Below are positions 20,045-28,869 of a DNA stretch of 64,000 nucleotides, one piece after another. The DNA comes from an uncultured Pseudomonadota bacterium (GTDB lineage Bacteria; Pseudomonadota; Alphaproteobacteria; Acetobacterales; Acetobacteraceae). Location: the NCBI GenBank assembly GCA_963795415.1, contig CAWCHQ010000003.1, positions 600,326 to 664,325 of the forward strand, written 5' to 3'. The position numbers were made by a program, and so were the translations under genes. A model generated the notes under the pieces. The model worked only from the letters and a program-made list of their open reading frames with translations. It was not told the origin of the DNA and made no database searches. The first letter of the stretch is position 1. Each line of letters opens with the position of its first letter.

Positions 20045-20290
20045 GTGTCCCGCAAATGGCTGAAAGCTCGGGTGGCGGAAGACGGGCAGATGACACCAGG
20101 GGAGGTTGGAACGCCGCAAGGTGCGGTGATCTCGCCACTGCTGGCCAACATCTACCTGCTTTACGTCTTCGACCTGTGGGCGACGGCACGCTGATGGGGG
20201 CGCAGGGACGGACGGGTTCGCAGTAGCGATGAAGCCTGGCAACGCGGGCGGAGCGAAGGGACCCGACCGCGGCTACCCGCACTTGCCTGG
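20045..20290 (+). mobile_element. Group II intron reverse-transcriptase fragments
   Basis: RKWLKARVAEDGQMTPGEVGTPQGAVISPLLANIYLLYVFDLWA (RT motif region), followed by VAMKPGNAGGAKGP, which resembles an intron-encoded-protein N-terminus placed out of order. Confidence 0.5.
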
Positions 20291-20413
20291 AATGCTGACA
20301 TTGCGGGCCTGTGTGCGTATCCTCAAGACTTATGACGGTATGATCAATTAGCGGGCGTTCGCCGGATGTGGACGCACGGTTCCGCGCAACCCGATCTGTG
20401 CTTTAATACTCTT

Positions 20414-20665
20414 ATGCGGATCGTTTACAGCGACCATAGCCGCCTCGACGAGCGGAGCCTTGCGATGCACCGGCTCATTGCCGCGAAGGTGCGGGGCGAT
20501 CCCGCCTTGCTGGACAAGGCGCGGGACAATTTGCGCCGCTGGCAAGAGATGGAAGGCAGCCGGAAGCTGGCGTTGGCCGAATGGGAGCGGATTCTCAGCG
20601 GCCCCGTATGTCAGATGACGCAATTTCTCACCGATCCCTGTGAACGCGCGACCCGCCTTCGCTAG
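20414..20665 (+). CDS. Hypothetical protein, upstream partner of the NTase-like gene; possibly cut short by TAG 20663-20665
   Basis: MRIVYSDHSRLDERSLAMHRLIAAKVRGDPALLDKARDNLRRWQEM... The same frame stays open after the TAG for 34 more codons (SSPFAGILTEAERLAIYEL..). Confidence 0.5.
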   Translation: MRIVYSDHSRLDERSLAMHRLIAAKVRGDPALLDKARDNLRRWQEMEGSRKLALAEWERILSGPVCQMTQFLTDPCERATRLR

Positions 20666-20714
20666 TCCAGCCCGTTCGCGGGCATTCTGACCGAGGCCGA
20701 GCGCCTGGCCATTT

Positions 20715-21277
20715 ATGAATTGTATTCAACTCGAACATATCATCAGGGCCGCCAGCCAAATCTCGGATGATACCGAGATCGTGGTTGTCGGTAGTCAGCC
20801 ATCCACGCGCAGGATGTGAAGCTGCCGCCGATTGCGTTTCTATCGGCGGAGGCGGACGTGTATCCGCGCAACAGGCCCGAGCGCGCGGACGAGATCGACG
20901 CGGCCCTAGGCGAGCTTTCGCCCTTCCATGAAACGCACGGCTACTATGCGCATGGCGTCTCGCCCAAGATCGCCATTCTTCCCGCCGAGTGGGAACAACG
21001 TGTGATCCGCATCAGCAACCCGAACACGGGTGGTGCAACCGGGCTGTGCATAGATGCGCACGACCTCGTTTTGTCGAAATACGCGGCGGCCCGCGAACAG
21101 GACAGGGAATTCAACCAAGCCATGATCCGACACGGCATCGTAAGCCGACGGAAACTGACCGCGCTGTTACGCACCATGCCGGTCGACGACGAGATGAAAG
21201 GCTTCATCGCCGCGCGCATCAAGGCCGACTATGCCGCCGTTGCCCGGCTCCGCCCGCCAAGAGCGCCAAAACGGTAG
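20715..21277 (+). pseudogene. DUF6036-like nucleotidyltransferase-fold protein with one frame break near 20798
   Basis: MNCIQLEHIIRAASQISDDTEIVVVGSQ (frame 20715) continues as ..DVKLPPIAFLSAEADVYPRNRPERADEIDAALGELSPFHETHGYYAHGV (ORF 20816..21277). One missing G restores GSQAIHAQDVKL. Confidence 0.55.
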
Positions 21278-21466
21278 TGTCGCAGCGGTCGGAGCGACGC
21301 TGGCGGGTCACGGGCTGCGGTCGCATGGGAGTTTGGGGAGCGTCGGGTGCCGTTTGCGGTCTCGCAGTGGTTGAACGGGGAGTACGCGTAGGCGCTGCGG
21401 GGCTTTCGCTGCAGAAAGGTTGTTTCGCCCACCTGTCCCGCGTTCGCGGGGCAGGTGTTCCTCGCA

Positions 21467-21505
21467 ATGACAGGGTCTAATGACAGTGTCTGACCACAGT
21501 GTCTG
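21467..21505 (+). repeat. Three tandem 13-mers: ATGACAGGGTCTA / ATGACAGTGTCTG / ACCACAGTGTCTG
   Basis: Read directly. Sits just 3' of a 12-bp-stem hairpin at 21430-21457. Confidence 0.85.
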
Positions 21506-21525
21506 GGGGCGCGGGTTCGGGCGGA

Positions 21526-21897
21526 TCAGCGCATGGCCTCGTGGAGGGCGTGCTGGACGCGCGGATCGAGCAGGGTGGTCCAGTAGGCGACGGTGCAGCC
21601 GATGTCGGCGGGCAGGGCGGGATAGCGTTGCTTGACCTCGGCGGCGGCGATGCGACCGTCGGAGAGCGGCTCGATATATGAGTGGAGCACGGCCTGTTCG
21701 ATCGCGTGGGCTGGGTGAGCGAGCAGGGAGGCGGGGCCGGCCATGGTGATGAGGCGCTGTTCGAGGGCTTGGCAGGTGGTGTGGGCTCCCTCGTTCCAGA
21801 GCGGGTAGGCGTAACCGACGCCGGCGGCCAGGACTGCTGTGAAGAGGAGTTTTCCGATCACTTCACGACCTTTCGGTGACCAGTCAAAGTGTAGCAC
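21526..21897 (-). CDS. Hypothetical membrane-anchored protein
   Basis: 123-aa ORF with one N-terminal hydrophobic helix (IGKLLFTAVLAAGVGYAY). No family recognised. Start uncertain. Confidence 0.4.
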   Translation of the reverse strand: MLHFDWSPKGREVIGKLLFTAVLAAGVGYAYPLWNEGAHTTCQALEQRLITMAGPASLLAHPAHAIEQAVLHSYIEPLSDGRIAAAEVKQRYPALPADIGCTVAYWTTLLDPRVQHALHEAMR

Positions 21898-21920
21898 GGG
21901 AAATGGGCGGGAGTATCGGA

Positions 21921-22979
21921 ATGGCGCCTCGCATTGTGGTGATGGGGGCTGGGGCGGTCGGCGGCTACGTAGGCGGCGGCCTGTCGGCGGCCGGTTACGA
22001 TGTGACGCTGATCGACATCTGGCCGGCGCATGTGGAGGCGATCCGGGCGCACGGGCTCCAACTGTCGCGGATGACGGCGGCGGAGGAGCGCACGGTGCGG
22101 GTGCCCGCGATGCATGTGACGGAGGTGCAAGGACTGGCGAAGCAGCGGCCGGTGGATTTCGCGATCCTGGCGGTGAAGTCCTACGACACCGAGTGGGCGA
22201 CGGCGCTGATGGCGCAGTATTTGGGTCCGTCGGGCGGGATTGTCTCGCTACAGAATTGCATCAACGAGGAGCGCATCGCGGGGATTGTGGGGTGGGGACG
22301 GGTTATCGGCGCGGTGGTGACGGGCGGGCTTGCGCTGGATCTGTATGAGCCCGGGCGCATCCGGCGGAATATGGCGAAGAACCCGGCAATGACGGCGCTG
22401 CATGTGGGCGAGCCGAGCGGACGGATCACCTCGCGGGTGCGCACGCTGGCGGCGATGCTGAGTGATGTGGATACGATACAGGCGACGGAAAATTTGTGGG
22501 GTGAGCGCTGGACCAAGCTGTGCGTGAACGGGATGCGCAACCGGGTTTCGGCGGCGACCGGAATGAGCGGCAACGAGCGCGACGGCCACGATGCGGTGCG
22601 GCGCGTGTGCATCCGCTTGGGAGCAGAGTCCGTGCGGGTCGGGCGAGCATTAGGATGCCGGCTGGGGAATGTGGGCGCGCTCGATCCGGGTATGCTGGTG
22701 CCGGCGGATGAAGGAAATCGCGCAGCGCTCGCGGAGATCGAGCGATTGATGATTGAGGGAATGCGGGGGACGAAGCGGAGCGATCTGCAGCGTCCGTCGA
22801 TGGCGCAGGACATGGCGAAGGACCGGCGGACGGAGATTGAATTCACGAACGGCTTTATTGCCGCGCGGGGTGCGGAGACTGGCGTTCCTGCGCCGACGCA
22901 CGCGCGACTGACTGACGTGGTGAAGCGTGTCGAGCGCGGGGAACTTACGCCGAGTCCGGCGAACGTATTGTGGAATTGA
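21921..22979 (+). CDS. panE: 2-dehydropantoate 2-reductase family protein (ApbA/PanE)
   Basis: Start at MAPRIVVMGAGAVGGYVGG (Rossmann GxGxxG). Also ILAVKSYD and SMAQDMAKDRRTEIEFTNG. Confidence 0.8.
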   Translation: MAPRIVVMGAGAVGGYVGGGLSAAGYDVTLIDIWPAHVEAIRAHGLQLSRMTAAEERTVRVPAMHVTEVQGLAKQRPVDFAILAVKSYDTEWATALMAQYLGPSGGIVSLQNCINEERIAGIVGWGRVIGAVVTGGLALDLYEPGRIRRNMAKNPAMTALHVGEPSGRITSRVRTLAAMLSDVDTIQATENLWGERWTKLCVNGMRNRVSAATGMSGNERDGHDAVRRVCIRLGAESVRVGRALGCRLGNVGALDPGMLVPADEGNRAALAEIERLMIEGMRGTKRSDLQRPSMAQDMAKDRRTEIEFTNGFIAARGAETGVPAPTHARLTDVVKRVERGELTPSPANVLWN

Positions 22980-23019
22980 GAGTGATGTTTTGCGGTCTGG
23001 GGGCGGGCAACGGGGCTGC

Positions 23020-23048
23020 TTGACTCGGGGTTGTCCGCCGACTAGAAA
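23020..23048 (+). promoter_or_regulatory. Candidate sigma-70 promoter of rpsT (TTGACT-17 nt-TAGAAA)
   Basis: Hexamers read directly, about 40 bp upstream of the rpsT ATG. Confidence 0.3.
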
Positions 23049-23087
23049 CGCCCGCTTCGATCCCAGGGTTTATTGATTTAGAGACGC

Positions 23088-23357
23088 ATGGCAAACACTG
23101 CATCTGCTCGCAAACGCATTCGTCAGGCACTTCGGCGGACTGAGCGCAATCGTGCGCGGAGGTCGCGCGTGCGGACGTTTATGAAGAAGGTCGAGCAGGC
23201 GATTGCGGGCGGTGAAGCGGGGGCGGCGGTGCACGCGTTGCGTGCGGCTCAGCCTGAGATGCAGCGCGCGGTATCGAAGGGCGTTGTGCACCGGAATACG
23301 GTTGCCAGAAAATTGTCGCGTCTTGCGGCACGCATCAAGAAGCTGAGTTCTGCCTGA
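23088..23357 (+). CDS. rpsT: 30S ribosomal protein S20
   Basis: 89 aa, [36 protein letters not shown]. Confidence 0.95.
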   Translation: MANTASARKRIRQALRRTERNRARRSRVRTFMKKVEQAIAGGEAGAAVHALRAAQPEMQRAVSKGVVHRNTVARKLSRLAARIKKLSSA

Positions 23358-23722
23358 CACCGGTTGAGTTTGATGTTCCTGCTCTTCCTTGGGCGGGAAC
23401 GAAGCGGGGGGATCTCGCGTTGCAACGTTTGCCGAAGTGTGGCAGTTGCAATTAACTGGCATGTGACGTTGTATTGCCGGCAGGGATCAAAGTAACTTTC
23501 TTGCTTTCTTGTTTCGTTCGGGCCCATTGTTAAGCTTTTGCGTTGCCCATGCATGTCGGTGTGTTGTACCCCTGACTGGTGTTGAGCGGTTCGGGTGAGC
23601 GTTCCAGCAGAATTTTGTTGCTGAACTGATCGAGCGAGCTTCGGACCTGGATGATTATTTTTCAGCGGCCTTCCAAGAGCCGCCAGCTCGGGGACGGTTC
23701 AGTGGCATCAGACAGCGTCGCG

Positions 23723-25150
23723 ATGGAGGACGTGGTGGCCGCGGATACCGGGAGGGAGCCTGCGACCGACAATGACGTTGCGGCATGCTGGGAGCAGGTT
23801 CGGTCTCGGTTGCAGGCCGAGGTGGGCGAGGTTGAGTATCGCACGTGGCTGCGGCAGATCTCGCTTGCGAGCATAGACGGCGACGAAGCCACTCTTGTTT
23901 TGCCGACGCGGTTTTTGCGTGACTGGGTTCGGGAGCATTACGAGGGGAAGCTGCGTGTGCTTGTGCAGGCGGCAATTCCTGGAATACGGCGGATCGAGAT
24001 ACGGGTGATGCCATCGCTCGCGGCGATGGAATCGCGGCGCGCGGCGCCGGCCGCGGTTGCTGTACCGGCCATTAGTGTACCAGCGGTTGCCGCGCCAGCT
24101 GTCCGGCAGGATGACAGGAGCGAGGTGTCGCTTGATCCGCGCTTCACGTTCACGACTTTTGTGGTGGGGAAGCCGAACGAGTTCGCCTATGCGTGTGCGC
24201 GGCGGGTGGCGGAGAAGCCGTCGAGCCAAGGATTTAACCCATTGTTCCTGTATGGCGGGGTCGGGTTAGGGAAGACACATCTGATGCTGGCGATTGCGTG
24301 GGAGCTGGCGAACCGTTCTGCGGGGCGGCGGCCGACTGTCGCGTATCTGACGGCGGAACGGTTCATGTATCGCTTCATCGCGGCGATCCGCAATCAATCG
24401 ACGATGGAGTTCAAGGAGCAGCTTCGCAGCGTCGATGTGCTGATGATCGACGACTTGCAGTTTCTGGGTGGGAAGGACAACACACAAGAGGAGTTTTTTC
24501 ATACATTCAACGCGCTGGTCGATGCCGGCAAGCAGATTGTCGTTTCCGCCGACAAATCGCCGTCGGATCTTCCGGGAATTGAGGACCGGCTGCGCACTCG
24601 CCTGAACTGCGGGATGGTGGCGGACCTGCATGCCACGACATTCGAGTTGCGCATTTCGATTCTGGAGGCGAAGGCGGCTTTGGCCGGCATGGCAGTGCCG
24701 GGGAAGGTGCTTGAATTTCTGGCCCACAAGATAACGAGCAATGTGCGTGAGCTGGAGGGTGCGCTGAACCGGGTGATTGCTCACGCCAATCTTTTTGAGC
24801 GCGCCATTACCCTGGAGACGACGCAGGAGGTGTTGCACGACATCCTGCGCGCGCACGACCGGCGCGTGACGATCGACGAGATACAGAGGAAGGTGGCGGA
24901 GCACTACAATATACGACTGACGGATATGTCTTCCGCGCGGCGGGCTCGCAGCGTGGCACGTCCGCGCCAGGTTGCGATGTTTCTTGCGAAGCAGCTTACC
25001 GGGCGAAGCTTGCCGGAGATCGGGCGAAAGTTCGGCAATCGCGACCACACGACGGTTATTCACGCTGTTGGGCGGGTCGGTGAGCTGATGGAACGTGATG
25101 CCAGTTTCGCCGAGGATGTGGAGCTGTTGCGGCGGATGCTGGAGTCTTAA
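23723..25150 (+). CDS. dnaA: Chromosomal replication initiator protein DnaA
   Basis: Start at MEDVV (alternative 23651). NPLFLYGGVGLGKTHLM Walker A, IDDLQFL, SNVRELEGAL, RDHTTVIHA. Confidence 0.95.
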   Translation: MEDVVAADTGREPATDNDVAACWEQVRSRLQAEVGEVEYRTWLRQISLASIDGDEATLVLPTRFLRDWVREHYEGKLRVLVQAAIPGIRRIEIRVMPSLAAMESRRAAPAAVAVPAISVPAVAAPAVRQDDRSEVSLDPRFTFTTFVVGKPNEFAYACARRVAEKPSSQGFNPLFLYGGVGLGKTHLMLAIAWELANRSAGRRPTVAYLTAERFMYRFIAAIRNQSTMEFKEQLRSVDVLMIDDLQFLGGKDNTQEEFFHTFNALVDAGKQIVVSADKSPSDLPGIEDRLRTRLNCGMVADLHATTFELRISILEAKAALAGMAVPGKVLEFLAHKITSNVRELEGALNRVIAHANLFERAITLETTQEVLHDILRAHDRRVTIDEIQRKVAEHYNIRLTDMSSARRARSVARPRQVAMFLAKQLTGRSLPEIGRKFGNRDHTTVIHAVGRVGELMERDASFAEDVELLRRMLES

Positions 25151-25181
25151 TGGGCGATCGGTTTAGTTTTGACCGCCGGTG

Positions 25182-26048
25182 TTACGATTTCATTGCGCCT
25201 GCGGCGAGGTCGGACACCATGTAGCGGCGGAGGGCAAAGTAGATGGCGATCGGAGGCAAGGAGTAGATGATGGCGATGGCCATCATGTAGTTCCAGGGCG
25301 CCTCGTCGCTGTCGAAGAACTGGTCGAGCGCGACCGCGACTGTCATGTTGCGTGTGGATGAGAGCAGCAGGTATTGGTAGATGTATTCGTTCCATGCGAG
25401 CATCAGCGCATAGACACCGACCACGACCAGCGCGGGCGCCATCAGCGGCAGGTAAATGCGGAGGTAGAGTTGCAACGGCGATGCGCCATCGATTTTCGCT
25501 GATTCGTCGAGCTCGACGGGGATCAGCTTGCCATACTGGTTCAGGATGAGGATGGCGTACGGCGTTGCGAAGGTGACTTCCGCGGCAATTACAGCCCACA
25601 GGCTGTCCGAGAGGCCGTAAAGATGCATGATGTGGACGAACGGGATGGCTAGGAAGGCGGTCGGCAGGACGTAGGTCAGAAGCGCGGCGTCCGTGAGCAC
25701 CCAACTACGACGCAAGCGCATCCGGCCGACCGCGAAGCTGGCGAGCGATCCGATCAGCACGGTGAGAAGCATCGTCGCGAGGCCCATGTAGATGCTGTTG
25801 CCGAACTGATGCCAGAAATGGTCCAGAAGCCAGTAATCCTCGGTCCAGACGGATCGGAAGCTGTCGAAATTTGGATCGGGCGGCCAGATGCTTCCGGTGA
25901 ACTCGTCGGCATCGGAATCGAGCGCGATCAGAACCATGTTGTAAACGGGCAGCAGCGTCCAGACGAGGATTGCAATACCGAGCGTGATGGCGGCGGATTT
26001 CACGAGTACCGTCCGCTGGAGGCGCGCACGGTTGCGCGAGACGATCAT
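25182..26048 (-). CDS. Carbohydrate ABC transporter permease (MalG/UgpE type), copy 1
   Basis: 288-aa C-terminal part of ORF 25182..26633 from MIVSRNRARLQ. EAA loop DESAKIDGASPLQLYLRIYLPL. ATGA overlap with the upstream permease. Confidence 0.9.
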   Translation of the reverse strand: MIVSRNRARLQRTVLVKSAAITLGIAILVWTLLPVYNMVLIALDSDADEFTGSIWPPDPNFDSFRSVWTEDYWLLDHFWHQFGNSIYMGLATMLLTVLIGSLASFAVGRMRLRRSWVLTDAALLTYVLPTAFLAIPFVHIMHLYGLSDSLWAVIAAEVTFATPYAILILNQYGKLIPVELDESAKIDGASPLQLYLRIYLPLMAPALVVVGVYALMLAWNEYIYQYLLLSSTRNMTVAVALDQFFDSDEAPWNYMMAIAIIYSLPPIAIYFALRRYMVSDLAAGAMKS

Positions 26049-26962
26049 AGCTGCACCCCGGTCGCCCGGACCCGCCGCATAAGAATGATCACCACGGGAA
26101 TGAGCACGGGGAGAGCGGACATCATGGCGGCAACTCCCAGATTCGGGTAGCCGAAGTCGTATGCCTCGTGGAATCCATAGCTGGCGAGCACGTTTGTTGC
26201 CATGCTCGGTGCGCCGCTTGTGACGAAATAGACGGTGGGGAAGTCGCCCAGTGTCCAGGCGGTGGAGAGGAGTGTAGAGACGAGATAGACATTGGCGAGC
26301 AGCGGGAAGGTGACGTAGATCAGGCGTCTTGTTCCGGTGGCTCCGTCGATGGCGGCGGCTTCGTAGATGTCCTGCGGGATCGCCATTCGCGCGGCGATGA
26401 AGACCAGCGTCCAGAAGGGCATCCATTTCCAGATGTAGGAGACGATGTTGGCTGACATCGCGATCCATTGGTGGGTGAGGAACAGCGGTCCGTCGTGGCC
26501 GGTTACGGCGCGCCAGAGACTGTCGAGCAGACCCCATTGGGTGACGAGCATCAAATGGATGGAGGTGAAGATGACGACCGCGGGCAACACCCAGGGGATG
26601 AGATAGATGGCCAGCAGCGACCTGATCCACCAACTGCGCGTGATGAAGAAGCCGGAAAGCAGGAAGGCGAGAAACATCTTCACGTTCACGCCGACGGCGA
26701 CGAACAGAACGGTGTTGACAACGGTGGTGAGGTATTTGGGGTCCGAGAACAGCACGGCGTAGAGGGACGGGTCATGACCCATCCAGAGGCCGAATGCGAC
26801 CGGGTAAACAACGAAGGCAGCGAATACGGCGATGTAGGGGATGATGAAGGCGACAGCCCAGGCGGTTTCGGATCCTTGCAGATGCAATCGCCAGGGTGGT
26901 CGCCGCGGGCTGATCTGTTCCAGCGGCTGCCCGATTGACAGGGTCTGCTGAGCGGCGGTCAT
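26045..26962 (-). CDS. Carbohydrate ABC transporter permease (MalF/UgpA type), copy 1
   Basis: 305 aa, polytopic, with YEAAAIDGATGTRRLIYVTFPLL. Confidence 0.9.
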   Translation of the reverse strand: MTAAQQTLSIGQPLEQISPRRPPWRLHLQGSETAWAVAFIIPYIAVFAAFVVYPVAFGLWMGHDPSLYAVLFSDPKYLTTVVNTVLFVAVGVNVKMFLAFLLSGFFITRSWWIRSLLAIYLIPWVLPAVVIFTSIHLMLVTQWGLLDSLWRAVTGHDGPLFLTHQWIAMSANIVSYIWKWMPFWTLVFIAARMAIPQDIYEAAAIDGATGTRRLIYVTFPLLANVYLVSTLLSTAWTLGDFPTVYFVTSGAPSMATNVLASYGFHEAYDFGYPNLGVAAMMSALPVLIPVVIILMRRVRATGVQL

Positions 26963-26980
26963 GGTCGCCCGATGGGGTGG

Positions 26981-27868
26981 CTATCCTTTGACGCCACCCA
27001 TAGTGAGACCGGCGGCCATATAACGCCGGAAGCCATAGTACAGGATCATGGGCGGCAACGCGTATATGATGGCGGTCGCCATCATGTAGTTCCAGGGCGC
27101 CTCGTCGCTGTTGAGGAACTGCGCCAGCGCGACGGCGACGGTCATGCTGCCGGGCGTGGACAGCAGGAGGAACTGATAGAGGTATTCGTTCCATGCGAGC
27201 AGGAGCGCGTAGGTGCCGACAGCGACGAGTGCCGGCGCCATCAGCGGGAGGTAGATGCGGTAGTAGATCTGCAGCGGGGTGGCGCCATCGATCCGGGCTG
27301 ATTTGTCGAGCTCCATCGGGATGGATTTGCCGTATTGGGAGAAGATGAAGATTGCATAGGGAGTGGCGAAGGTGACCATCGCGGCGATGACGGACCACAG
27401 ATGGTTGCCGAGGCCGTAGATCTGCATGATGCGGTAGAAGGGAATGGCGAGGAAGGATGCCGGAATGACATAGGTCATCAGCGCCGCGTTGCTGAGAAGC
27501 CATCCCTGACGCAGATGCATCCGCCCCACGGTAAAACTGGCGAGCGAGCCGATGAGCAGGGTGAGGAACATGGTCATCAGGCCGACGTAGAAGCTGTTGC
27601 CGAACTGATGCCAGAAATTTTCCAGATACCAGAAGCCCTGGGTGAAGACGATGACGAAGCTGTCGAGCGACGGGTGTTCGGGCCAAACGGTGCCGCTGAA
27701 TACGTCGTTGTGGCTGGAGAGGGCGACGGAAATGATGTTGTAGATCGGCAGCAGCGACCAGACGAGAAGGACGAAGCCGAATGCGATACAGGCCGCTTCC
27801 ATGAGATATCGCCGGATACGATAGTGGCGCGGGGATGCCATGCGGACGCCGGCGGTGGTCGCGCTCAT
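26981..27868 (-). CDS. Carbohydrate ABC transporter permease (MalG/UgpE type), copy 2
   Basis: 295 aa from MSATTAGVRM. Roughly 60-65% identical by eye to the 25182..26048 product. DKSARIDGATPLQIYYRIYLPL. Confidence 0.9.
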   Translation of the reverse strand: MSATTAGVRMASPRHYRIRRYLMEAACIAFGFVLLVWSLLPIYNIISVALSSHNDVFSGTVWPEHPSLDSFVIVFTQGFWYLENFWHQFGNSFYVGLMTMFLTLLIGSLASFTVGRMHLRQGWLLSNAALMTYVIPASFLAIPFYRIMQIYGLGNHLWSVIAAMVTFATPYAIFIFSQYGKSIPMELDKSARIDGATPLQIYYRIYLPLMAPALVAVGTYALLLAWNEYLYQFLLLSTPGSMTVAVALAQFLNSDEAPWNYMMATAIIYALPPMILYYGFRRYMAAGLTMGGVKG

Positions 27869-28782
27869 AGCTGCCTCTCTGCCATGCGAAGCTTGCGCAT
27901 GAGAAGGAAGACGAGGGGGATTATCACGGGAAGGGCGGTCATGACTGCGGCGACGCCGAGGCGCGGGAGGCCGAGGGTGAAGGCATAGCGGATGCCGAGG
28001 GTGGCGAGCACTTCGGTGGACATGTTCGGTCCGCCGCCGGAGACGAAGTAAACCGCGTTGAAGTCGCCGAGGGTGAAGATGGTCGAAAGCAGGGTGCAGA
28101 CGAGATAGAGGTTTGCCATCAAGGGCAGGGTTACATGAGAGAACCGGCCGAAGCGGTTGGCGCCGTCCACGTCGGCGGCTTCGTAGAGCTCGTGGGGGAT
28201 CGACATGCGGCCGGCGAGGAAGATGATTGTCCAGAACGGCATATTCTTCCAGACATAGGCGGCGATGTTGCAGGCGAGTCCCATCCAGCGGGAGTTGAGA
28301 TAGACGGGTCCCTCGATGCCGAACAGCCAATAGAGCAGATTGTTAAGCAAGCCGTACTGACCGTCGAAGAACCAGTGGATCGAGATGAAGGCGGGCAGGG
28401 CGGGCGTTGCCCAGGGCAGGATGTAGAGGACGAGCAGCCCCTTCATCCACCAGCGTTTGCGCATGAAGAAGCCGGAGAGGAGGAAGGCGCCGAGGATATG
28501 CACGTTCACGCCGATGCCGACATAGAGCAGCGTGTTGACGAGGGCGGTGGCGTAGCGGGGATCGGAAAACAGATCGCTATAGAGCGAAGGTTCGCTGCCC
28601 AGCCATAGCCCGTAGATGATGGGGTAGATAACGAAGAGAAGGAAGATGGCGATGTAGGGAATTGCGAAGGCGAGAGCCCAGGCGTAATCGGAGCCGATGA
28701 GACCTCCGTGCCATGTCTGACGCCTCAGCCTGGTTGTCCCGAGGGGCTGGCCGATCGGAACAACCCGCTGTGTCGTGCTCAT
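27865..28782 (-). CDS. Carbohydrate ABC transporter permease (MalF/UgpA type), copy 2
   Basis: Start at MSTTQRVVPIGQPL within ORF 27865..28842. YEAADVDGANRFGRFSHVTLPLM. Paralog of 26045..26962. Confidence 0.9.
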   Translation of the reverse strand: MSTTQRVVPIGQPLGTTRLRRQTWHGGLIGSDYAWALAFAIPYIAIFLLFVIYPIIYGLWLGSEPSLYSDLFSDPRYATALVNTLLYVGIGVNVHILGAFLLSGFFMRKRWWMKGLLVLYILPWATPALPAFISIHWFFDGQYGLLNNLLYWLFGIEGPVYLNSRWMGLACNIAAYVWKNMPFWTIIFLAGRMSIPHELYEAADVDGANRFGRFSHVTLPLMANLYLVCTLLSTIFTLGDFNAVYFVSGGGPNMSTEVLATLGIRYAFTLGLPRLGVAAVMTALPVIIPLVFLLMRKLRMAERQL

Positions 28783-28869
28783 GCGTGACCTCGCGAGGCT
28801 AAGCATTTTCAGTGGCCTGCTGATCCCCTTCGTTCGCCGCACGATGCGGCGAACTTCGGGGGCAGGACA

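Noticed and set aside
23358-23722. oriC / DnaA boxes in the rpsT-dnaA intergenic region
   Set aside because: I found no TTATCCACA/TGTGGATAA-like 9-mers or an AT-rich unwinding element, only a mildly AT-richer leader. Alphaproteobacterial origins are often elsewhere (for example near hemE).
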